Part shown: positions 13,769 to 28,700 of the stretch, piece after piece
Layout of the letters: every line of letters starts with the position of its first letter
Numbering within the stretch: position 1 is the first letter of the stretch
NCBI GenBank assembly: GCA_030704615.1
Contig: CM060732.1
Span: 73,470,001 to 73,534,000, forward strand
Direction of reading: 5' to 3'
DNA: 64,000 nucleotides
From: Takakia lepidozioides
Lineage: Eukaryota; Plantae; Bryophyta
The notes under the pieces: model-generated
Databases searched by the model: none
The model's input: only the letters and a program-made list of their open reading frames with translations
What the model was told of the DNA's origin: nothing
Program-made: the position numbers and the translations under genes

Positions 13769-16700
13769 ATGGGAGAAGAGGCAGTGCGAGTGCAGGACGG
13801 AAAACAGGCGGGATCGCTGGTGTTTGCGTATTATGTGACCGGCCATGGACTGGGCCACGCCACTCGTGTCGTGGAGGTGAGTTCCCATTTCAGAATTGAC
13901 GGAAGAGAAGACTCGAAGAGAAAATTGGATTAGATATGAGCTGTTTTAACTTCTCTTTGGGTTCCCTACGGATGCACTGCAGGTTGCACGTCATCTGTGC
14001 GCGGCAGGACATGAGGTGCACATTGTCACAGGTGCGCCAGAATTTGTGTTCAGAAGGGAAATTCCGTCTGCCAAACTTCACATTCGTAAGGTACTTTTAG
14101 TTTCACGACATCTGTCTGAGTCTCAATTGGTGCTATACTAGGTGAATGACCAGGAGACTGAAAATTAAAGCAAGACGTTCTCTAAGTAATCTCTGGAGCC
14201 TTCGAGATACGCTGAAGTTGCTAATGCCAGAGGGAATGTTGCTGGGTCCGAATCGGCCATTGGGTCTGGAGGTCACCGGGATTAAGTGTAATTTCGTCAG
14301 ATCGAATTTTCGAGGAAAATTTAAGCCAGGTGACGAGACCTAGAAAATTCTTCACTTAACCAGCTCATTTCGGTGGCGTCTTTTCCTTTTCTTTCCAATT
14401 CCTGGTGACTCTCGCATGCCACACTCTCCTACCAAAATTACAATCTTGGGACTTGTCAAGAGCCTACTATGGGTCGGCAATGTGATCTGGTTTCCGGTGT
14501 GGAGGGATCTCTTAGGAGCAGCGCAAGGAGTTTAATTGTACTGCCCGTGGTAGCAGAGCAAGGACGGATCTCGGTTTCTCATATTCTGTTCACGACAGGT
14601 TGAGAGATGCTGTTGGTGAGAATTATGTATCTGATGGATCTCTTAATGCAGGTGTTGCTGGACTGCGGGGCTGTACAGGCAGATGCGCTTACAGTCGATT
14701 GCCTGGCATCATTAGAGCAGGTACTCAAACTCACTACAAATTCCTTGTTTTTGTTGACCTGTAATGCCAGACTCCATTAACGCACACAACCTGGTTTGTA
14801 CCCAGCTCGAACTAGGAGATGTGTCATTATAGAATTTCAATACAGCTTCAGAAGGTGCTGCACTTGCCATTTTAGGTCAAATATCTACTCCTTTCCATGG
14901 GTACAATAACTATTTCTGGGTTTGTGCTCTTATGGAGAGTATGACAACTATTAAATCCTGTTCCAATGTGGCTTGGCAGTATTCTCGCACTGCTGTTGTC
15001 AATCGCATGTCTCTTTTAGCAGTTGAAGTGGATTGGCTCCAAGCTATCAAGGCTAATCTTGTGGTAAGTATGCCTGGGGTGGGGGGGCAAGAGAAGAATA
15101 AAGACAATTAACCTTTTTTCTTCCATTGCTGGAATTTCCATATTCTACCAGCACTTTCAGTATTCCAGTTGTTTGTGGATTAAGTATCTACAATCTGAAA
15201 ATTCAAATTGTTCAGGCGGTGTTTCTCCACCTGGGGTCCACTACTGCTGGCTAAGTGGGCTTGTGGAAGCAGGTGTCAGACATTGTTCCTGTTGCATGTC
15301 AAGCTGCGATGCAGGCTGGGATTCCATCAGTATGTGTCAGCAACTTCAGGTATATTTCTTACTGCTGAACGAATCTTCATATAAACATGATGGAAGCTTC
15401 TTCAAGCCCTTAGAGAGTCTTTAACATGTCCACACAGCATAACCACTCTCCAAGGCTTGAGACAATGTCCACCCAACTCCAATCAATGAAGGGACACACA
15501 AGCAGCTAGGAGATAAGAATGGGTTACCTATTTTGAGGATGACTTTTCTTTTCCTCTTTGAACAGTGGCTGTGTTTATGGAACAGCTGGGACTTCATATA
15601 CTCAGAGTATGTCACTGTGGCTGGGCATAACCACCAATCTATTGTTTTGCAGGTAAGCTATTCCCGTCTTAAACATTGGTTTCGACATATAAATGGACTG
15701 AGATGTTCAGGATCTTGTTTTAACATTCCATTGGGCTTGTGTGACCTCTCAGAAGGAAGTAGACAGGCTCTGGAGGCGAATGACATGTATGTCTTATTGT
15801 AGTCATGTTCAATTGTGTCACACTTAACTCATTCCATGTGGAGATATACTTGAAATGTTAGTGTGTTTGGAGTGAATGGGGCAGATAGCGGAGGATTATT
15901 CGCATGCGCTTTTCTTGATTCGGCTGCCAGGCTACTGCCCAAGTAAACTTGCAGTCTCTCCTCACTTATTTGTGCACTTAGAGCTCATATAGTCATGAAC
16001 CAAAAGCTTGGCGTCCTATACTTACACTGTATGTACACATTGACTGGGTTGCCTGATTGGCTCTCACACATGTCTGCTATCTAGTTCATGAAGGTGGCTT
16101 CTGGCTGGTGGATATTTGTGCATCTGAGTTTGCCATGTTTTCTGGAAAACAATCTTTCAAATTGAAGGTGCTAAACTAGACTTTCTCTTCTCTCAAGGTC
16201 CAAGGTATCCATTTTAATGCACGTTCATTAAGTTTCTTCTTTCTCATGAATCAGATTGTGGGATGTTTGCAGTGCCTGCATTTCGGGATGTTATTGACGT
16301 GCCCCTGGTAGTTCGTAATGTGCGGAGAAGTCGGCAGGAGGTATAAGAGTTTCACAATACCCAAAAGTATCGGTGATGACACCCATTCAGAAATACAAGG
16401 AAATGGTCCTACTATACTTCCAGTCATAACTCGGATCTCAGCAAAGTAGAAAGTCGAGTGCCACAATAAGGGGTGACTGACACTTGGGCCGAACATGCTC
16501 GGTTCACCAATTTCTGGGCTAATGCAATAAATCATCATACTGCTGGTCCAGCTTAACAGTGCTGACTCCACCAATGATTAGAAATTCCTTCTCTGCCTTA
16601 GAACAACCTACTCACAGTTGTTAAGCTTGTTGATGACTTTGGGCAGAATTGTTGAAACAGGTTCGCAAGGACTTAAGGATTGATGAAAGTGTGAAGGTTC

Positions 16701-19700
16701 TTCTCTTCAGTTTTGGTGGCCAGGTTGTCACTGGTGCCTTAATGGAGTCCAGGATTCAAAATCGGGCATTTTAAGCAATGTTGCAGTGTCCTTTTGGGCC
16801 AGGGTCTAATCGCAGGAAGGATACATGTTTTCAGGAAATTAGAATCTTTCCCTCAAATCTTGCTTTCAATTATTCAAGGCCTTTCGGAAGTAAAAATTAT
16901 TGTTCCAGCTTCTATAATGGAACATATTTTGATTCAAGAATAGAAAATAGCTAATCAACCTCTGTTAACGGGCCGCAGGATGCAAGGTGGTCACTAAAAG
17001 AGGAGTATCTGCCACCAGGCTGGCAGTGCTTGGTATGCTATTGCTTCCTTCATCTTTTCATGTAACCTTGTGCGGCCGTAGTAGTGAAATGATTCCGATC
17101 TTTCCATAGGGAACACGTGGAATACCGAGGTATTATATGAACAACATTTCTTAAGTTCAGGCAAGGGTTTCCCTTCCTTCAGTATTTTCCATGGTAACTT
17201 GGTTGGAGCCCATCTCCATGCGCTATGGGCTATGCTCCCAATCTTTTATTTCTTAACATATGTACTGGGGATTTCTTTTTCTGCCACTGATTATAGCATG
17301 AATATGGCCGAGGCAGAGCCAAGTGATTATCTGTCTGACCTTTGTGAAAGCTATGCCAATATCTAGATGCTAATTGATAGATCGTTGATTGGGCCAGTGG
17401 GTCCATACCCCGTCGCACTGGTTAACTCCCAAATTGAGGCACGATAATGATACAAGTTGTTGTCTGATGTTATGTGGGAAGGTATGTGGTGCACCTGCAG
17501 AGCAACAATTGGCTCCCAACTTCATTCGCATGGACCGGGATGCCTATGTGCCAGACCTCATTGCTGCTAGTGACTGCATGCTAGGTATGACTGCTGACAG
17601 AAAAGTTGAGGAACTAGAGGTAAATGGGGTGGTGTTCTGAAATCTGGGAAAACTCTCATCACTGGATGTCATGTAAGAGACGTTGTGGAGTGTGCCGACA
17701 TGGTATAGTATAATCCTTGTAACGATATTGTATTTCGCTCCTAGCACTTAAACTGGTGTTCATACCTTACATAATCCCTGTCACCCTGCTGAACTTATTG
17801 TTCCGGGTCTCCATTTCTGCTCATGTTGTGTCTTCACCCTTTGCCACCCTATTGAAGTAGGGAGTTACATCAGTTCTTGCTTGAATTTGCAGCCAACTAG
17901 CCAAGTCTCTTCTTATGTAGATCTTATTTGTGATGAATTGGCGATTGCCAGCCTTGATGTGCTTTCCTTCTTCAACCTTTGACGTGGGCTCCAGTCTTTT
18001 TCAGTTGGTTATTATGCTAACTATCAGGTCAATATGAGCTGGCAGGAAAGATAGGGTACGGAACGGTTAGTGAGACGCTAGCATGCAAAACTCCACTTGT
18101 GTTTGTCCGCCGTGACCACTTTAATGAGGAGCCTTTCCTGAGAAAGATGCTTGAGGTACTCTGACATCTATCTGTTATATTCACTGGTGTTTTGACTCGA
18201 GATATATTGCAACTCTTTTCTTTTAGGTATAGAGGACTTCCATGCGTCAGACACATGCCTGTGTGGAGGCAAATGACACAGTTTCGAGGCCCAGCATCTA
18301 GGAGTGTATTTTGTTTTGTACCAATTTTGGCACTGTGTGTCTATGGGTCAATTGTTTGATGCATTCAAGCTGATGTCGTTTAGTTTGTTTTGGCAGTTTT
18401 ACCGTGGAGGTGTGGAAATGAACAGGCGCGATTTTACAAGTGGGCGGTGGGTGCCATACCTTGAGCGTGCACTTGTCATCCACCCTTGCTACAACGGGGC
18501 TCGTAATGGAGGCGAGGTGTTTTACTTTCCATGTTTAACTCTAGATAATAAATAGTGCACATACCAATTTGTGCACAACTTCCTTCATGAAAAGATGTAC
18601 GATGGAAAATTAGCAGTCCTGTAGATTGAAGGAGGCATGTTGCATGACAGTATAGCATCCATAACCTGAAGGTGTGCTATCAATTGGCTGTGGGTGGGAG
18701 TAGGTGGCAGCAAGCCTCCTGCAGGATGCCGCACTGGGAAATGTGAACACAAATGAGCGGGTGAGCATGTTCACCAAGTCTTCCTACTACATATTTACTC
18801 TTTTCCATCTTTCGCCTTGACACGTTGTTGTTGATTGGTGCTAATAAAGAAATGATATTTATCATGGAGAAATTTACATCTTAACGCGAATATTCGCAGT
18901 CGTGCGGCTTCCGGCATTCTGTCAATTCTTAATTCCACTCTGATAATCTTGCTTTCTCTCATAAGGTCTTTGAGCTTTCCGTGGACATTACAAAGTATTA
19001 TTTCTTCTGGTTGGAAAAGGGGCAGGGCAGGGAGGGGCCCGCACACAAATTAACACAATTGGGTGGCCATTGCAGTTCTCTACTGTTCCATTATCCCTCC
19101 CCTAGGTTCTAATGTCTCTGAAGCACTGAAGCACCCACCCAAAGCTTGGTTGATGAAGAACTTCAATGAGTGCATAAAGACAAGGAACTAACCAGTGGTC
19201 AACATTACTTGTCAATTGGCAGCAAAGTGGAGCCAGGCGGCTGAGGGACGCAATTGTGTTTGGATTTCAAATGCAGAGGCATCCTGGGCAGGAGGTGGAT
19301 GTGCCAGACTGGTACTCACCTACTGAGCCACAGCTGGGCGTTTTACCGGTCCATCATCCCAATATCCCCAAGGACCTGCTGCAATGTGGGGGTGCTCGGC
19401 CTCATGAGTTGTAAGTATGACTGTACGAGTGTACCATTTGTCATGGAAGAAACATAGTATTCATAGGATGGTAATAGTTTCTCCTGTCATCAATGATGAC
19501 AATTGGAGGTATTATGGATCATTGGTCCTGGTTTCATATCTAGTTGTGCCTACTTTGAAGGATAGGTTGCATGGTCCATGCAGCCCAGGTGGAGTCTTGT
19601 CTTGGCAAATTGGACTTGTGGTTTCCAAGCCTAAAGCGGTAGTCTGGACGATGAAACAAGCCATTGTTGCCTCAGATGTTTCACAGAGGCTGCGAGTCAT

Positions 19701-22700
19701 ACTTCCTTTCAACATCACTCTTGAAAGTCAGCTTAGATTTAGCTAACCATTGGGACTGTTAGCTAGGGTTCTGTGAGGGTTTTTGATGGCTGAGGATGGT
19801 TCCTACCAGAAGGGTCCAGAGAACCTGTGTAGGATTCAAGGAAAGGCTGAGGCAATGCCCAGTACTTCTTCTAGCATGTAGGTTGATGTGCTTTCCTAGT
19901 AGATGTCCAGCATCTACAACTCTATTAGCTTTCTTTTGTGGTAGGGAGCAAGGGAGCTTCAGGGCTCCAGTTTTCTCATCTTGTTAGTACTAGCTATTGG
20001 TGTATCCTTCAGCTGTCAAGGTTTTTGTACTGCTGCTTGGGAATAAAAGCTCCCTGGCGATATCTCCAGAGTGAGGACAGGTTAGTTTTCTAACAATCAC
20101 AACATTATACGAGGAAATTTTGCTAACAAACTGTGTAGATCTCAATGGCATGGTGAATTGTCATCCATTCAGTTTTTCTTGTGCAGTCCATGTGTGTGGG
20201 TTTGTGTTTGGAACATCATATAAGCTGGGTGCTGTATTACTGCTGATCACGCACTAGGTGCAGTGCTCTAAATTGGGATTTGTCTGCATGGCTTTCTCCC
20301 TCCTGAGGGCATTGGGGCGGTTCAGGGTGGGTTCCCACAACCTATGGATAGAGACTGGCAGATGGGAAAACCTGCAACGAGAGGACCGCCTATGTCCAGC
20401 TTGCATAGGGCGCAGCAAGGAAATTGAAACTGAAGAACACTTCTTCTTCTACTGCCCTCTATACTACGAGATGCGTGGGAGATTCCACTGTTTATTCAGT
20501 GGAACCCAAACTCTCACTGATGTCTTCCACTATGAGGATCAAAAATGCTTGGCAGCCTACCTGCACAAGGCCTTCACCCTTAGACAATCGCTAGAACATT
20601 AATTGTGGTTTCTGGATTTGTTCCTCTCTCATGCTTTCTTCCATTTTGTCCCATAAGCTCTATGAGCTTTCCGCAGACATTATAAAGCACCATTTCATTT
20701 CATTTCTACTGGTATTGAAGTTCATATCTGTCTTGGTTATGATTTTTGCTGGTACTCATGCAGGGAAGTGGAGGAGTTTGAAATACGTCATGGAGATCTG
20801 CATAATCTCCCAGACACTGCATGTTTCCTCCACACTCTGGCAACATTGGATGAGGAAGGTGATTTGCAGGCCAGTGATCTTGCAGACAAACCACAAGACC
20901 AGGAGCGGCTAGCTGCAGCTGGGCTGTTCCGGTGGGATGTATGTCTTTGTTTCTCTTTCTCCTTGTCTTGTAAAGAGAAAAGAGCAATACCTTTTACATG
21001 GCACAGAAGGTGACATTGCTGTGGTCCATACACTAATACATCAAAGGATTTGACAAAGTCATCTGTCTGCAGGATGACGTGTATGTCGCAAGGGCTCCAG
21101 GGCGGTTGGATGTCATGGGTGGGATAGCCGACTACTCTGGGAGCTTGGTTTTGCAAGTAGTGTCTTGACTCTCTTTCTATCCCAGCTCTTTCCATAAAGC
21201 AACCACTGCCAGGACACATCCTGTTGCAAGCTAGGGCTAGAGGTCTTATGCTGGAATCAATCTCATGCTTTTCGTCCATGCTAGCCGGTAGTCAACACAA
21301 ATTCCTTGTAACCAGATGGTCGTTGGCTGACAAATGCTAGGGTAATGTAGTGCCACGTCCCTTATACCCTGAAGTTAGCCTCATGCTTTCCTGTCCATGA
21401 TCCAGTAATCAACACTTAAATCTTTGTAACTGTTGGCTGACAATTGCTATGGTAATTTTATAGGCTGAAACCCCAATGCTACCTTCATTGAGAACCATCA
21501 TTCTCTTTCTCAGGACAGATCTAATTTCTGTCTCATCCACCATCTTATGCTGTCTCTAACTACAATGGAAGTCAAGCTATTGAGTAGTACTAGAAGTGTG
21601 AAGCTCCTTCCTTAGAAAAAGAGTTTTTGGGTGGTACAGATGCCAATTCGAGAGGCATGTCATGTGGTGGTGCAGCGTAGCCCCCCAGGCCAACAACGCT
21701 TGTGGAAGCACACCTTGGCTCGGCAAATGGCGAAAGGCCAAGGCTTCAAGCCTGTCCTCCGCATTGTACGGTTCATCTCTGCTTACACTGTGTTGGTTGA
21801 AGTGATGATACTCGAAAGGTTTTCACCGTTTTGACCTCTGAAGCACTGTAATTACCAATCTTGGCCTTTGCTATCTTGTGTTTTTCTCTATCTAGAAAAG
21901 CATAGTAGGTTACATGCATGGGTCAAGCTTGAGAGCTCACTTGGATACATGCATCACTTTCAGCATCATATTATCTTCAGTTGTCTTATACCCACCTGCA
22001 GGTGTCATTTGGATCTGACTTGAGCAACCGGGCTCCCACTTTTGACATGGATATTGCTGACTTTCTTGACTCCCAAGGGAAGCCTATTGCATATGAGACT
22101 GCCCACAAGTACTTCGAGCAAGATGCCTCACAAAAGTAGGTGTCTACTCCTATTTAGTCAAGCATTATAGCTGGATTCACCATAATATTATCAGATTTTG
22201 CATCACATATTGGGAAGAATACAGAAAATGAAAGCTTCATGAAGACCTCGGGAAGCCGAGGGGCCTATTGGACCAAAAGAAAGAAATGAAATGATACTTC
22301 ATAACGTCCACGGGGGACCCTGAGGGCCCATGGTACAAAGTAGAGCAACGAAGATCCACTTCAGAAAACATCAAATGGTGGCTGAAAACGAAGTAGGCAC
22401 TTCCAGTCCTCAAAGCTTTAAGCTTCTGCCAGAGATTGGAATACCAGAAAATGAAATGAAATGAAATGGTGCTTTATAGCGTCTGCGGAAAGCTCATAGA
22501 GCTTATGGGACAAAATGGAAGGAAGAACATGAGAGAAAGTAGGAAAACCAGAGTCAGAGAAAAGAACTATTCAAGTGATTGTCTAAGGGTGAATGCCTCG
22601 TGCAGGTAGGCTGCCAAACATTTCTGATCCTCATAGTGGAAGACTTCAGTGAGGGATTGGGTTCCACGGAATAGACAATGGAATCTCCCACGGATCTCAT

Positions 22701-25700
22701 AGTATAGGGGGCAATAGAAGAAGAAGTGTTCTTCAGTTTCAATTTCCTGGAAAAGAAAAGAAAGTTCCACAATGAAATAAATACTGAAAAGAAGAAGAAA
22801 GAGAAAAAAAGCCCTGGAGGGGGGTTCAAGGAACGTTGTCTATGGGCAACATGTGCTTTTATTGGAGAAGAAAAAAAAGTTTATCGCAATCATATGAGGT
22901 CAAAGGAGAGCCTAAAAACAGCTAACCAAAGGATGCACAGACATTCAGTTAAAAGTGTCTCATGTTCTAGGCTTGCTTGGTGTGTTGAAGGAATTAGCTC
23001 GAGATGCCCCAAGGTGGTCTTGAAGGGATAGTGAGGGTCTTTGCCAACGCATCTGCTCCTAACAAAACAGGATTGATGCCTTGTCCATCTAGGCCATGAC
23101 ACAATGTATCCTGGACTGCTTGGAAGCTCACTTGTGGGAACCAACATTCCACTTCTAGAGGGTATCGGCTTGCCTTGTGTTACTGCACCTGCTTCCTACC
23201 TAGGAAGAGGATTTTCTAAATGGTGGATTGTGAAGCCCTTGGATCTTAATACCGCTGCTTATGAAGAAAGAACAAGTACTGAGGGAGCCTTGGTAGCTGC
23301 ACTCAGAATGTGTGTGGAATGTGGGAAGGTGGGCTGCTTATGTAGCAGGCACTCTCCTGGTGCTGATGCAAGAGCTTGGTGTCCGCTTCCATGACAGCAT
23401 AAGCATTCTTGTAATGATCTGGACTCAAGTCTTCTTCAATTAGACAAGTGGCAAGAGACCGGATACAAGTTCTTTTCTGTGACTTTTTTATTCAGCACGA
23501 CCTAGCCTTGGGTAGTTCATCATTGGTTATTACTATATTCATTTTCTTCATTTCTCTGATCGCCTCTTCGGCATTGCACCCCCTGATGTCTTATAACCAA
23601 AACTATTAGACCAGGTCAAGGCCCTTAGTTCTTGAGGGATATGCGGTTGCACAGGTATCATCTGCAGTGCCAGAGGGCAAGGGAGTATCATCATCAGCGG
23701 CCCTTGAAGTGGCCACCATGAGTGCCATCGCTGCTGCTCATGGTAAGTAATGCATATTTCACAAATTTGGTATTGGAGCTGAATCGTTCCAGTAAAAGGA
23801 AGGTGGGAGGCAGTTGTTGAGGCAGCTTACCCTCTGGGTCACTTTCAGTGAGGTGACGCTTGCAGTTTGTGCTATGATGCTGGAGATTCAGATAAGACCT
23901 ACTAAGATGTCACTTGCTATGTTGTGCAGGTTTGACTATCTTGCCTAGAGACCTGGCCATCCTTTGCCAGAAGGTTGGTATGTCAGATGAGGCAATTCAT
24001 TCACTTGAGGAAAGCGTGCTAGTTAGATCAGGGACATGCAAAACAGCTAATATGTATAGCTCAGAACAGATGTGGAGCGGAAGATAAAACCAGCCATTTC
24101 ATTCGCATAAATGCCTCTGCAACATCCATCATCCTAAACTCAATACAATATCAAAAAAGCAAAATAAGGCTTTATATTATGGAGGCAAAGTAGCAGAGAC
24201 TGGATTGTAGTGATCATGGATGATAGTCAGACTTACACCTAGGGGTACTGGTAATGTTCTAACTTTGAAATTGTCCTATTCTTGGCTGCCCATGCAGCTG
24301 TGTTTTTGTGAAACCATGTAACAATTGATTATTGTATCTCTCTTTACACATCAACTGTTAGATATCAACTGGTTGTAAATTTCTGTGCTCACTGTGATAA
24401 GAACATGAGATGGAATGCTGTGTTGCAGGTAGAGAACCATGTCGTAGGAGCACCATGTGGGGTGATGGATCAAATGGCATCGGCATGCGGAGAAGCCAAC
24501 AAGCTTCTGGCTATGGTGTGCCAGGTCTCTACTTTACTTTCAACCACCTTGTTTCATGCATTTGACTTACTTGGGGGGATTGAAAAACTAAACATTTTAA
24601 TCTCATTGGCTTGGTCGCAGCCAGCTGAAGTGAAAGGGCATGTGAACATCCCTTTGCATGTGCGATTTTGGGGCATTGATTCTGGGATTCGGCATAGGTA
24701 CCCCATTACTCCCTGAATCATCTGTCTGTCCTCAATTCTCACTGTTCATTTGTGTTTACCTTCTTCACTTTGACTCGCAAGCATTCTTATCTACTCATGA
24801 AGCACCCTGGTGCCAGGGAGTGTTTAAGCTGTGTGTGCTTAAAATCAAACATGCTTCAGGCGCTTGGTGGAGGCTTACGGTGAAGACATGGACATTCGTC
24901 CAGGACCACAGTCAAAGTCTGTCATGATTTTTGATTTGTGAGCAGGAAATGCAGAGCTCTAGTGCAACAAGAAGTTTGTTTAAGAAGTGGGCTTTCCAAG
25001 GCAAGTGGTACAGGATATCTACTCTTCAAAGGGTGGCAGGTTTGTGTGTGTATTTTCAGCTTTAGATGTGTCTGACACCTTAGTTGGCACTCCAGTGTTG
25101 GGGGTGCAGATTATGGATCTGTGAGAGTGGGGACATTTATGGGCCGCCGTGTCATACAAGCAACTGATTTGAAGCTCTCTCAAGACGTGAATAGGATAGC
25201 CAATGATTGTGAGCTTGACTGGTTAATGGAACATGCGCCTCTGGATTATTTGTGTAACATACCGCCACACAGGTAACGTCTGATTCAGTAACCACATCAG
25301 GAATTCTTACATTTGTATAGGTAACCTACGGAATGGTGCAACCACTTGATGAGCGAAGAGCAACAAGAGTGACTAAAGATATCTTACTTGGGAGGCATCT
25401 GATTTTTTGAGCCAATGCAATACAGTATCTGCAAATAGAGAAAAGTATTGGGGCCCCTTGTTTTCTCGGATATTTTGGCTGGAAAGAAGTTATGTTGGGC
25501 TATGAAAATACTCTCAGCTTAGATTTGCATTTTGTGCTTTACTAGCTTTTAGAGCGATCAAATGTTCAGTACTCAGACTTCATGGAGACCTGGAGATTGG
25601 GAAGTCGAGCAAAAATGAACTCCCTCCACAGGTGGAATCTGAAGGAAAGAACTGAGTGCAGTCAATATGGGATAGCACCTCCTCTATTTGAACAGTTTTC

Positions 25701-28700
25701 CCTAAAGACAAACTTGTCTTTCTTAGATTGCAGGCATGGTATGAACCAGTGCTTCCCACTGAGATGAAGGGTGAGAAATTTTTGGAGTTGTTCGGCAGCC
25801 ATAATGATCCAGTGACCAAGATCAATCCTAATAAGACTTACGCTGTCAAGGAACCTGCTTCTCACCCCATCTATGAGAACTTCCGCGTGAAGGTTTGCTG
25901 TCATGCCTCATTTTGCAATGAAACTCACCTTTGCTTGACATAAGTTTGTCAATGATACATTGCAATGCACTGTCACACACTTGTATTGCTGTTTAGAGAT
26001 CAGATAGTAAGTGACCAGAGAAACTTGGGGAATCCTTCTTTCAAAATGGCATAGGTGTTACATGGGTCAAATGACTTCCTTTGCCATGGTCCTCTCTAGT
26101 TGCTTCTTATGGGTAGGACTCATGATAATCAAATTGACAACTCTTGATTCTTCGACTGCCTCCGTGCATGTGGGCAGTCCTTTGCAATTCTGCTAGCAGC
26201 TGCAGACACTGACTCTCAACTTGAAGCTCTGGGAGAGCTCATGTATCAGGTAAGTCTGATGCCATTAGCTCAGACCAGCCTTTGTTTTCCTACACCTTTT
26301 ACCTAGAGGAGGAACAGCACTAAAAGTTGACCTCATGCTCATGCTCATGCTCATGCTCAAGACTGTACGTGCTCATGATCTATTTCATGCTCTTTATTTC
26401 ACTATGGCTCTCCACCAATCAATACCAAATTGAACGTGGAGAAAGTTGTTATTGCCTGTGTGAGTGGGCTATGACATACTAAATACCCTCGTAGATGAAA
26501 AACTTGCAACCGGTTAAAAGTAGGTTAACAACAAGGACATTGCTGGCATGGATACAACGGTCAGAGGGACGATCAATAAGTATATCTCTGGGTTTTCTCT
26601 CAGGGAGATCATGATAGTGGGCTCATGGCAGCGTATCTGGCCCACTCTGGAAGGAATTCAGCTTGTGTATGTTTTCTGCTTGTCATCATGTCAAACACTA
26701 GTGACTAGAGTGGAGGGTTGTTTCTTGCAGTCACATTATAGCTACTCCAAGTGTGGGCTGGGTTCTGATGGCACTGAGCGCGTGGTAGCCCTGGTTAAAG
26801 AACTGGGAAAGCCGCCCAGATCAGAGCCTGTCCAGGGTGCAACTCTTTTTGGCGCTAAAATTACAGGCGGGGGATGTGGAGGCACTGTTTGTGTGCTGGG
26901 ACGCGAGGGAGTCAGAAGCAGCGAGCGGATCCTTCAGGTGAGAGGTTACTTCTAAAGATTGGGATTCTCGTAGGATTAGAACTGTAACAGCTTCCACTTT
27001 TGCCTGTAAGAGAAACTAAATTGTTTAGCCTTCTTTTTCTGAAACATATGAAACATACCTAGCGTCAACCCTCCCTTCCATTCTACATCTATCATCTCCT
27101 AACGATAAGGCTACACATCTTACTCAAGCCCTTTGGGACTCAGCCCTGCGATCCTTTCCCGTCACCCTTCCATCTACCTCCTCACCCTTCTCCACTCGTC
27201 GTTACGCACCAATTTATGATGAGGAATGCAAGACTGCTAGACGTCGCATCAAATTTTTACTACTTGATACCAATTCTTCTCCAGTTCCTTGCTAAAATCA
27301 GATTTTCTCCTCGATCTTTTTGGTCCCTCCTTAAACCTCATAGAGATCCCCCCCCAATCACTGACATTCATGTCTGGCATGAGTATGCACAGTCTTTGTA
27401 CCATTCCCCAACCCAAACTCCTTCTCCTAGAACCCTAAAACCCTTCACTTCTCTCTCTTTACTACAGCCACTGTCAGTAAGGCAATCAAAGAAGCTGCAA
27501 AATGGCAGAGCGGTGGACATTTCAGGACTTCAGAGTGAATTCATCAAGCATGCTGCACGTACTTTAGCCCCTTTTATAGCTAACCTCTTCAATGAGGTGG
27601 TGCAACGGGGCTTCCCAACAGAGTGGACAAAGAGCATCATCCACCCACTTTTTAAGAGTGGTGACAGGCTCGCACCGACAAAACTATCGTACTATCATGG
27701 TGTCCTCATTACTTGCTAAACTGTTTGGGGCCGTAGTGGCCATGGAACTGGATGATTGGGCTGAGTACTCTCGCATTCGTGTGGGACAGGCTGGTTTCCG
27801 TCGAAACCGATCCACTATTGACCACATCTTCACTCTTCAAGTTATGGTGGAAAGTGCACGCTATGACAAAAGAATGGTCTATGTTTGCTTCGTGGACTTT
27901 CACAAAGCTTGATTCAGTTCCTCGGGACCTTCTCTTCCAACGGCTCCATAGAGTGGAAGTCCCTCCAGACTCCTTTGTGCCATCTCTTCTATGTATGAGA
28001 TTGTCACTGGCATGGTCAACGTCGCTGGTGAATTCTCAGCCGAGATCCACAGCAACATTGGAGTCAAACAGGGCTGCCCCCTTTCACCTACCCTGTTCGG
28101 GATCTACATTGACGCCTTGGAGAATTACATATCAGAAAACCATGGGGTTGGGGTCCCATTGGATGGGGACCAACCAATCAGATCTCCTCTATGCTGATGA
28201 TGTTGCCCTTTTGGCACAATCCCCGGTCTTTCTGCAACGCCATCTCAAAATTTTGGAACAGTTCTGCAAAGACTATGGGATGCAGGTCAATCTTAGCAAG
28301 ACCAAGATCATGGTCTTCAATGGCCAGGCTGATCGTAGATTCATCTTCAACCAGCAGGAATTGAGATTGTGAAATCATACCGGTACCTAGGTCTGGTTAT
28401 CCACTCCCCAAGTTTCACTTTGCAGCCACTGCCTTGGACAGGTTGACTAAAGGTAAGGCGGCCTCCATCCGCCTTCAGGCCAAATGCAAGCAAATACATC
28501 TGCGGCATCCCCCGACCAAAAAGTGGCTGTTTGACACCGTCGTCAGCCCTGCTACCACCTATGGTTGTGAGTTCTGGGCACCTGGTGTCCCTGTCTCCTG
28601 GTGGGAAAAGAATTTGGAACCATTACAGTCATCTTTTCTCCAAGCAATGCTTGGCGCCAGGAGCACAACTCCATCTCAGATCCTAGGTGCAGAGTTCGCA

